This document shows, piece by piece, positions 57,591 through 64,000 of a stretch of DNA of 64,000 bases. A program made the translations under genes and the position numbers. Origin of the DNA: Acidimicrobiia bacterium. GTDB lineage: Bacteria; Actinomycetota; Acidimicrobiia; Spongiisociales; ZC4RG35. The first letter of the stretch is position 1; every line of letters begins with the position of its first letter. The stretch lies in the NCBI GenBank assembly GCA_035525055.1, contig DATLEZ010000040.1, positions 12,099 through 76,098 of the forward strand, given 5' to 3'. The notes under the pieces are model-generated. The model was not told where the DNA came from. It searched no databases and saw only the letters and a program-made list of their open reading frames with translations.

Positions 57591-58958
57591 TCAGGATTTC
57601 CTCAGTTGCTGTGAAAGGCTGTGCACACGATCGAAGACGGTGCGGTCGCTTCGAATGATGCGCTTGACCTTGTCGACGGAGTGGATGACCGTCGTGTGGT
57701 CGCGACCTCCGAAGTGGTGCCCGATCTTCGGCAGCGATAGGTCGGTCAGTTCGCGGCACAGATACATCGCCACCTGCCGGCACAAGACCAGAGGCTGGCG
57801 GCGACTGGGGCCTTCGACCTCGCTCACTGAGAAGCCGAACGACTCGGCTGTGGCCCTGATGATGTCCTCGGCCGCCAGCGCCTTCCCGTCTTGACTCGGT
57901 AGAAGGTCTCCGAGAACCTCCTGGGCCATCACCAGATCGATGTTCCGATGGGTGAGGGCCGCGTATGCAGTCACCCTGGTGAGAGCGCCTTCGAGTTCAC
58001 GGATGTTGTCGGAGACCACGCTGGCGATGAACTCGAGAACATCCCGCGGGACCGGCCGGGGCGCGAACTCGGCGTTGCGACGAAGAATGGCTAGGCGGGT
58101 CTCGACATCGGGCGGTTGGATGTCCGTTAGAAGCCCCCATTCAAACCGGCTGCGAAGTCGGTCCTCGAGGGTCGACAGGTTGCGGGGATGGCGGTCGGAG
58201 CTGATCACCATCTGCTTGCCCGACTCATAGAGACTGTTGAAGGTGTGAAAAAACTCTTCGAGGATCTGCTCCTTGCCTTCGAAGAACTGGACGTCGTCGA
58301 GAAGGAGGACGTCGGTCGACCGATAACGATGCTTGAAGTCGTCGACCCGCTTGCGTCTGATGGAATCAATGAAGTCGTTGAGGAAGCGCTCGGATGTGAT
58401 GTAGCGCACCACCAGCCCGGGATAGAGCTCGAGGGCGAGGTGTCCGACTGCATGAAGGAGATGGGTCTTGCCGAGGCCGGCCGGCCCGTAGATGAACAGG
58501 GGGTTGTAGTGAGTTCCGGGCTGTTCGGCGACGGCCATTGCCGCCGCCCAGGCGAAGCGGTTGGAGCTCCCTACTACGAAATTGTCAAACCGATACCGGC
58601 CCACCAGCGAGACCGACGTGTCGTTCTCCACGACTCCAGGTCGGTGCTCGAGGAGCGGCAATGGTGGGGCCTCGAGCGGTTCGTTGGCGCTCAGATAGTG
58701 CAACTCGACGGCGTCACCGAAGCTCTGCTTGAAGGCGTGCTCGATGAGGGATGAGTGCTTATCTCGCACCCACTGCAAGTGGAAATCGTTAGGGGCAACC
58801 AGAGTGACCCGGTTAGGCCCTACGTCAGGTTCGAGCCGGGATAGCCATTTTTGCCAATTGGCGGTCGAGACAGATCCTCGCAAGGTCCTCTGAAACTCAC
58901 TCCACCGGTCCGGCCATCCCTCAAAAGGCGTAACAAATTGCACCGGCCCATCCTCCAC
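57591..58958 (-). CDS. dnaA: Chromosomal replication initiator DnaA
   Basis: GTG start. Walker A GPAGLGKTHL, LLLDDVQF, sensor/Box VII region, C-terminal HTH (GGRDHTTVIHS). Confidence 0.95.
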   Translation of the reverse strand: MEDGPVQFVTPFEGWPDRWSEFQRTLRGSVSTANWQKWLSRLEPDVGPNRVTLVAPNDFHLQWVRDKHSSLIEHAFKQSFGDAVELHYLSANEPLEAPPLPLLEHRPGVVENDTSVSLVGRYRFDNFVVGSSNRFAWAAAMAVAEQPGTHYNPLFIYGPAGLGKTHLLHAVGHLALELYPGLVVRYITSERFLNDFIDSIRRKRVDDFKHRYRSTDVLLLDDVQFFEGKEQILEEFFHTFNSLYESGKQMVISSDRHPRNLSTLEDRLRSRFEWGLLTDIQPPDVETRLAILRRNAEFAPRPVPRDVLEFIASVVSDNIRELEGALTRVTAYAALTHRNIDLVMAQEVLGDLLPSQDGKALAAEDIIRATAESFGFSVSEVEGPSRRQPLVLCRQVAMYLCRELTDLSLPKIGHHFGGRDHTTVIHSVDKVKRIIRSDRTVFDRVHSLSQQLRKS

Positions 58959-59011
58959 AGTCCGCGACCTGCCCCTGCGGTTTCCACAGCCACATCCACA
59001 TCTGTGGATAG
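58951..59011. promoter_or_regulatory. DnaA-box cluster at and upstream of the dnaA start
   Basis: TCCTCCACA (58951), GTTTCCACA (58980), ACATCCACA (58992), inverted TGTGGATAG (59003). Weaker boxes near 59207 and 59330. Confidence 0.6.
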
Positions 59012-59388
59012 CCCTGGAAACCGGGCACAGATCTGCCTCAAAAAAACCTCGTCCGGAGCGCGACTAACCGCAGTAGACAAGGGGAAGTAGCCCGAAATCG
59101 CTCTCCAGCGGAAAGCGAGTATGGATGGGCCGTAGAAGCGAAGTCAAGACCGCGGATTCCATCTTTGATCGGCCCGCGATGGCCCAGATCATCAAGCGGA
59201 ATCGGACTTTTCCACTGGTTCGGGAGACCAACATCCTTCGACGCGATCCGAGGCGAGATACCATTTTTTTCGCGAAGGAGCCTGGCCTTTGACCTTCTCC
59301 CCCGCCCGCAATAACCTTCAGAGGTCGACCGTTTCCACGGTTCCAGGTCCAAACACTGCCGATCCAATCGATTTTCCCGGGGTTTCAC

Positions 59389-59523
59389 ATGAAGAGAACA
59401 TTCCAACCAAAGGTAAGACGACGGATGCGCAAGCACGGCTTCCGTCATCGCATGACGACTCGTGCTGGACGCGCCATTCTCAAGTCACGGCGTGCAAAAG
59501 GCCGCAAGCGTCTCGCCGCTTAA
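59389..59523 (+). CDS. rpmH: 50S ribosomal protein L34
   Basis: 44 codons, [44 protein letters not shown]. Below the ORF-track cutoff. Confidence 0.92.
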   Translation: MKRTFQPKVRRRMRKHGFRHRMTTRAGRAILKSRRAKGRKRLAA

Positions 59524-59869
59524 GCCCGTTTCGCTCCGCTCCTCGACCAGTTTCCGCACCGTCCTGACGACTGGTCGTCGCCGGCGGGCGGGAGATTTGG
59601 TGATTGTTGGGGCGGTAGGTCAGCCAGGAAATGTCCGGTTCGGGCTGGTAACCGGACGACGAATAGGAAGCGCAGTGGTACGTAATCGAGCAAAACGAAG
59701 GCTTCGTGAAGCCATCCGGGCGGCCGGTCTGCCAGAGGGGTACGACTTTGTTGTGATTGCCGGATCCACCGTGCCCGAGGTGCCGTTCTCGACCCTGGTT
59801 ACATGGATCTCAGAAGCAGCGAACCCTTTCGAGGCAGGTAAGAGCGGGTCCGATTGGGGGCGGGTTTGA
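59462..59869 (+). CDS. rnpA: RNase P protein component
   Basis: [10 protein letters not shown]...[12 protein letters not shown] (RNR motif). Start uncertain: the only canonical starts that keep the conserved N-terminus (ATG 59462, GTG 59492) lie inside rpmH. Confidence 0.8.
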   Translation: MLDAPFSSHGVQKAASVSPLKPVSLRSSTSFRTVLTTGRRRRAGDLVIVGAVGQPGNVRFGLVTGRRIGSAVVRNRAKRRLREAIRAAGLPEGYDFVVIAGSTVPEVPFSTLVTWISEAANPFEAGKSGSDWGRV

Positions 59870-60126
59870 AACGAGCCCTGTCTGGATTGGCCCGGGTCCC
59901 AGCTCGCATCGCCATCAATCTAATCAAGATCTACCAGAAATTGGTAAGCCCCAACCTGAGCCCCAACTGTCGGTTTCAGCCGAGTTGCTCGCAATACGCG
60001 TCGGACTCCATCGCCCGATTTGGCCTTCTTCGAGGCAGTTGGCTTGGAATCAAGCGAATTGGCCGTTGCCATCCGCTCCATCCGGGCGGATTCGATCCCG
60101 TGCCAGATAACTGGAGGGCTCGCTGA
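59854..60126 (+). CDS. yidD: Membrane protein insertion efficiency factor YidD
   Basis: [23 protein letters not shown]...[15 protein letters not shown]. Confidence 0.88.
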   Translation: MGAGLKRALSGLARVPARIAINLIKIYQKLVSPNLSPNCRFQPSCSQYASDSIARFGLLRGSWLGIKRIGRCHPLHPGGFDPVPDNWRAR

Positions 60127-60992
60127 TGGGTCAGTTGTTCGATGGCCTTCAGGACATTCTGGGTGGCGCCCTCGCCTTTTTCTACGACCTGGTCCCCTCA
60201 TACGGATTGGCAATCATCCTCCTCACCATCAGTGTCAATCTTCTGCTTTTCCCGCTGACCCTCAAGCAAACTCGATCTACCCGCGCCTTTCAGTCGATCC
60301 AGCCCGAAGTGCGCCGGATCCAGAAGGAACTGAAGGAAAAGCCCGAGGAGATGCAGAAGGAGTTGATGCGGGTCCAGCGAGCGGCCGGCGCCACCCCGGG
60401 CGGTTGTCTGCTGCCCCTGATCGTTCAGATGCCGATCTGGTTCGCCCTCTTTCGGGTTCTGTCGGTTACTCCTAATGAAGGGGGACTCCCCACTCCGTCT
60501 ATTCACATCCCCGTGGGTTCGGCCTTGCGGACCGCCATCGATGCCGGCCAGACCTTTCTCGGCATGAACCTGGGGACGAAGGTTTCGGAGGCGGTGGCAC
60601 TGGGAATCGGGACGGCTATTCCCTACCTGTCGATGCTGGTGATCATGGTCGCCACCCAATACGTTCAGCAGTGGCACGCCACTGCCGGTCAGGTGCGGCC
60701 CGACAATCCTCAGGCCGCCGCCACTCAGATGGTCACAAAGGTGATGCCGTTCTTCATCGGGTTCATTTCTTACAACTTTCCCGCCGGTCTGGTGCTCTAC
60801 TGGATGACTGGCAATATTTTCCGGTTGCTGCAGCAAATTGTGATATTCCGTATCGATGGGCGACCCCAGATGCCGGTGGCTTCGGAGGAATCGGCCCCGC
60901 GGAATGAGAAGCAGCAAGTGGACGAAGAGAAGAGGCCGGCCAGACCGCAGCCTGGTTCTGCCGACCGGCGCCGACGTCGCAAGAGGAAGTGA
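60126..60992 (+). CDS. yidC: Membrane protein insertase YidC (short Gram-positive type)
   Basis: GLAIILLTISVNLLLFPLTLKQ, CLLPLIVQMPIWFALF, basic C-terminal tail. Confidence 0.9.
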   Translation: MGQLFDGLQDILGGALAFFYDLVPSYGLAIILLTISVNLLLFPLTLKQTRSTRAFQSIQPEVRRIQKELKEKPEEMQKELMRVQRAAGATPGGCLLPLIVQMPIWFALFRVLSVTPNEGGLPTPSIHIPVGSALRTAIDAGQTFLGMNLGTKVSEAVALGIGTAIPYLSMLVIMVATQYVQQWHATAGQVRPDNPQAAATQMVTKVMPFFIGFISYNFPAGLVLYWMTGNIFRLLQQIVIFRIDGRPQMPVASEESAPRNEKQQVDEEKRPARPQPGSADRRRRRKRK

Positions 60993-60996
60993 AATC

Positions 60997-62019
60997 GTGG
61001 TTGAGTGGGTAGAGGTCAGAGGGAAAACGGTAGATGTGGCCGTCGCCGCGGCGATGCAGGAATTGTCCATCGCCGATCGTGAAGGAGTCGATGTCGAAGT
61101 CATCCAAGAACCCGAAAAGGGCTTTCTGGGAATGGGCGGCAAAGACGCGATAGTGCGCGTAAAGCCCCGTTCTCAGGGGAGGAATCGCAAACGGCGCCGG
61201 GGACGCGGTGAGGGTGAAGGCGATCGCCGACCGTCTCTGGGCTCCCCTTCGGGGTCGCGAACCCAGAATGACAGGACACAAGGTGACCGGAGTGAAGGGC
61301 CACGGGGCGGGTCCAGAACCGCTAGCAATCAGGGAAGCCGCGGACGTTCCCAGGCCCGACCTCCGACGGGTCAGGATCAGCGCTCGTCCCGGCCTGCACG
61401 GCCGTCCGGAGACGTCAGCCGTCAGCGGCCATCAAATCGTCCCGGAAATGACCGGCACCGAGAGCGGGACAGCCGCGACAATCAGAGCCGTTCCGCGGGT
61501 CCACCACGAGAGAGAGAGGCAAGGGTGAGCACAGCCAATCCGCACGAGCAGGCTCCAATGGTTGAGGAGTTTCTCAACGGTCTGGTGTCTTCCTTTGGCC
61601 TGGATGGACAGGTGAATGTGTCAGTCGAGGACGAGGTGATCGTTGTGACGATCGACGGCGAGCAGACCGAGGCATTGGTTGGCCCGCGTGGTTCCGTAAT
61701 GGAAGCAATCCACGAGATCACGAAGACAGTGCTCCATCGCCAGGTTGACGACACAGCGCGAGTTCGGATCGACATTGCCGGCTATGCGGAGCGCCGACGC
61801 CAGGCGCTAAGCATCTACGCAGCCCAATTGATCGACCAGGTTCTTGGAGAGGGCGGCGAGATCATGCTCGAGCCGATGAGTGCGGCGGATCGCAAGGTCA
61901 TCCATGACGCAGTGGCCGAACGCGAAGGGGTTCGCTCCTACTCGGAAGGTGAGCCGCCGCGCAGGTATGTGGTCATCGCCACCACCGATGAGGCCGCCGA
62001 TAACGACGATGAGGATTAA
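60997..62019 (+). CDS. jag: Jag/KhpB-like RNA-binding protein (Jag_N + KH + R3H) with a long R/G/S/D-rich linker
   Basis: GTG at 60997 (in frame in track ORF 60856..). Jag_N VEVRGKTVDVAVAAAMQEL. KH LVGPRGSVMEAI. R3H AADRKVIHDAV...SYSEGEPPRRYVVI. Confidence 0.8.
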   Translation: MVEWVEVRGKTVDVAVAAAMQELSIADREGVDVEVIQEPEKGFLGMGGKDAIVRVKPRSQGRNRKRRRGRGEGEGDRRPSLGSPSGSRTQNDRTQGDRSEGPRGGSRTASNQGSRGRSQARPPTGQDQRSSRPARPSGDVSRQRPSNRPGNDRHRERDSRDNQSRSAGPPREREARVSTANPHEQAPMVEEFLNGLVSSFGLDGQVNVSVEDEVIVVTIDGEQTEALVGPRGSVMEAIHEITKTVLHRQVDDTARVRIDIAGYAERRRQALSIYAAQLIDQVLGEGGEIMLEPMSAADRKVIHDAVAEREGVRSYSEGEPPRRYVVIATTDEAADNDDED

Positions 62020-62027
62020 ACCCTCAA

Positions 62028-62043
62028 GTTTCACGTGAATCCT
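62028..62043. promoter_or_regulatory. parS-like site
   Basis: AGTTTCACGTGAATCC matches the consensus TGTTTCACGTGAAACA at 13 of 16 positions, with the central TTTCACGTGAA intact. It overlaps the GTG start of rsmG. Confidence 0.55.
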
Positions 62044-62619
62044 TCACTTGAGCGCAGTTTGGCCTTCGCCGGCATCGACCCGAGCGAGAGTCAAGTCGCC
62101 CAACTCGAGGAACTTGGTGACTGGTTGAGGGTTGAGGCCCTGCCCGCGGGAGGAATTGGCCCGTCGGAAGGCCCCCGGATCGACGATCGCCACCTGGCCG
62201 ACTCGATCGTGTACGCGGCAGCCTGGGCGGTACCACCTCGATATTGCTGGGATATCGGAACCGGTGCCGGCCTTCCCGGATTGGTGCTGGCTCTCCTCTG
62301 GCCGCTGTGTGGATTCACGCTGGTGGATCGCTCGGCCCGCAAGATCGATTTGGTCCGTCGGGCAGCCAGGGTTGTTGGGATCGAGGTCGACACCCGGGTT
62401 GCCTCGATTGGAAGCCTGGAGGGCCCGATGGAGGCCATTGTCAGCCGGGCCTTGATGCCGGCCATTGCTCTTTTGCCCCACCTTCGACGACTGCTGGCGT
62501 CCGGGGGCGCGGCGGTTGTTAGCGGATCAGGTGTTGACGTCCCCGGTTACGAAGAAATGCCGGTTCCGGCCGGGATCCTTGACCACAGAGCGAGACTCCT
62601 TATGATGCGGGCTAAGTGA
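62035..62619 (+). CDS. rsmG: 16S rRNA (guanine527-N7)-methyltransferase RsmG
   Basis: DIGTGAGLPGLVLA SAM motif, 194 aa, position before parA. Confidence 0.9.
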   Translation: MNPSLERSLAFAGIDPSESQVAQLEELGDWLRVEALPAGGIGPSEGPRIDDRHLADSIVYAAAWAVPPRYCWDIGTGAGLPGLVLALLWPLCGFTLVDRSARKIDLVRRAARVVGIEVDTRVASIGSLEGPMEAIVSRALMPAIALLPHLRRLLASGGAAVVSGSGVDVPGYEEMPVPAGILDHRARLLMMRAK

Positions 62620-63437
62620 GCACACAGGGCACATCCTCTTTGGGCAGATCCTCCTCGGGCGACTCCCTTGCCACCATCGTCGCCCTCGCTAATCAAAAGG
62701 GAGGAGTAGGCAAGTCCACGACTGCAATCAACCTCGCCGCGGCTCTGGCTTTTCAAGGACAACGTGTCCTCATCGTCGACCTGGACCCGCAAGGTAACGC
62801 CACTTCCGGCCTCGGGGTCGACCGCGGTGCTATTATCCACTCGGTATACGACGTTCTGTTAAAGGATATACCGATAGAGGACGCTATTGAGCCTACATCG
62901 GTCAAGAACCTCTTCGTTGTGCCGGCCACCATCGACCTGGCCGGTGCCGAGATCGAACTCGTGCCCGCCTTTTCTCGCGAAGGACGCCTCAAAGCGGCGC
63001 TCGCCACCATCACCGCCGATTTCCGGGTGATCTTCATCGATTGTCCGCCGTCATTGGGGTTGTTGACTGTCAATGCTCTTACGGCTGCCGACGAGGTCCT
63101 GATTCCGATCCAATGCGAGTACTACGCCCTCGAGGGTCTCAGTCAGCTGCTGAGCAACGTCGAATTGGTCAAACGCCAACTCAATCCCGCATTGAGAGTG
63201 GAGGGGGTCGTCCTCACCATGTACGACGCTCGCACCAACCTTTCAAGGGATGTTGCCAATCAGGTTCGCAAGCATTTTGTCGAGGACACATATCGGACAG
63301 TGATCCCTCGGTCGGTTCGGATCTCGGAGGCTCCCTCTTATGGCGAGCCCATCGAGGCGTTTGATCCGATGACACGTGGGGCCATCGCCTATCGAGAACT
63401 GGGACGGGAGTTCCGGCGCCGGCATCACCTTGACTGA
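62616..63437 (+). CDS. parA: Chromosome partitioning ATPase ParA/Soj
   Basis: Deviant Walker A NQKGGVGKSTT. IIDCPPSLG. 4-nt overlap with rsmG. Confidence 0.95.
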   Translation: MSTQGTSSLGRSSSGDSLATIVALANQKGGVGKSTTAINLAAALAFQGQRVLIVDLDPQGNATSGLGVDRGAIIHSVYDVLLKDIPIEDAIEPTSVKNLFVVPATIDLAGAEIELVPAFSREGRLKAALATITADFRVIFIDCPPSLGLLTVNALTAADEVLIPIQCEYYALEGLSQLLSNVELVKRQLNPALRVEGVVLTMYDARTNLSRDVANQVRKHFVEDTYRTVIPRSVRISEAPSYGEPIEAFDPMTRGAIAYRELGREFRRRHHLD

Positions 63438-63446
63438 GGAGGGAAC

Positions 63447-64000
63447 GTGACAACAAGGACGGCCAAGAGCGGGGCTGCCAAACGCGGGTTGGGCCGGGGC
63501 CTGGAGTCGCTGATTCCCTCAGCTGCGGTCACCGACGCGGGCTTCGCCCATGTAAACCTCGATGAGATCAGCCCAAACCCTCAACAACCGCGGGCGAACT
63601 TTGACGAGGAGGGGCTCGCCTCGCTGGCCGACTCGATAGGGACAGTCGGCGTCCTACAACCAGTGGTTCTCCGTCGTAACCCGGACGGCGGCTATGTGCT
63701 GGTGGCGGGGGAGCGTCGGTGGAGAGCCGCCCGCCGAGCCGGCTTGACGGAGATTCCGGCGATGATCCGCTCCGGTGATGACGCCGCCTCATTGACCGAG
63801 GCTCTGGTCGAGAATCTGCAGCGGTCGGATCTCACTCCGCTTGAAGAAGCCGCCGCCTACCAGCAGCTCCTGGAAGATTTTGGCATGACCCACGATGAAG
63901 TTGGCAGACGGGTCGGGAAGAGCCGGGCGGCAATCAGCAACACTCTGCGACTCCTCGGACTGCCGGCCTCCATCCAGGGAATGATCGAGAGAGGGGAGTT
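63447..64000 (+). CDS. parB: Chromosome partitioning protein ParB (5' part; truncated by the window end)
   Basis: GTG at 63447 after GGAGGGA. GLGRGLESLIP, NPQQPR, LVAGERRWRAA, HTH region GKSRAAISNTLRLL. Confidence 0.9.
   Translation, partial: MTTRTAKSGAAKRGLGRGLESLIPSAAVTDAGFAHVNLDEISPNPQQPRANFDEEGLASLADSIGTVGVLQPVVLRRNPDGGYVLVAGERRWRAARRAGLTEIPAMIRSGDDAASLTEALVENLQRSDLTPLEEAAAYQQLLEDFGMTHDEVGRRVGKSRAAISNTLRLLGLPASIQGMIERGE

Overview
High-GC, Actinomycetota-like chromosomal segment, read by eye from the sequence and the ORF track (no database search, covariance model or GC statistics were run). The right part (about 47-64 kb) is the replication-origin core. On the minus strand it carries dnaA-dnaN-recF-DUF721-gyrB-gyrA-DUF3566. 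On the plus strand, divergent from dnaA, it carries rpmH-rnpA-yidD-yidC-jag-rsmG-parA-parB (parB is cut by the window end). DnaA-box clusters lie on both sides of dnaA, and a parS-like site sits at the rsmG start. A crcB pair with an RHH gene and a 39-codon small ORF also lie here. The left 47 kb looks accessory. It encodes a Ser/Thr kinase, a Zn-finger-like small protein, an Mrr-type nuclease fused to TM helices, a translationally coupled TIGR04255 plus two-orphan cassette, two paralogous polytopic membrane proteins, a membrane class III cyclase, a membrane cupredoxin, an SGNH hydrolase, two large STAND/TPR signalling proteins, an orphan CHASE histidine kinase and a CHRD protein. A perfect tRNA-Ile(GAT) at 25.5 kb and a 48-nt imperfect copy of its 3' half at 47.0 kb bracket about 21.4 kb. 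The tRNA-proximal 5 kb is a graveyard of recombinase and other gene fragments surrounding an intact SARP regulator and a leaderless metzincin-like gene. The remaining 16 kb is a compact, GntR-controlled gene cluster of unknown substrate containing two UPF0261 (Tm-1-like) genes. The most unusual non-coding signal is a three-copy, same-orientation conserved element of 140-250 nt. It has arm-like 9-mer repeats and a variable hairpin, and one copy is fused to the 5' 42 nt of a tRNA-Ala(TGC). Many long ORFs in the track are antisense artefacts of high GC content and were not called.
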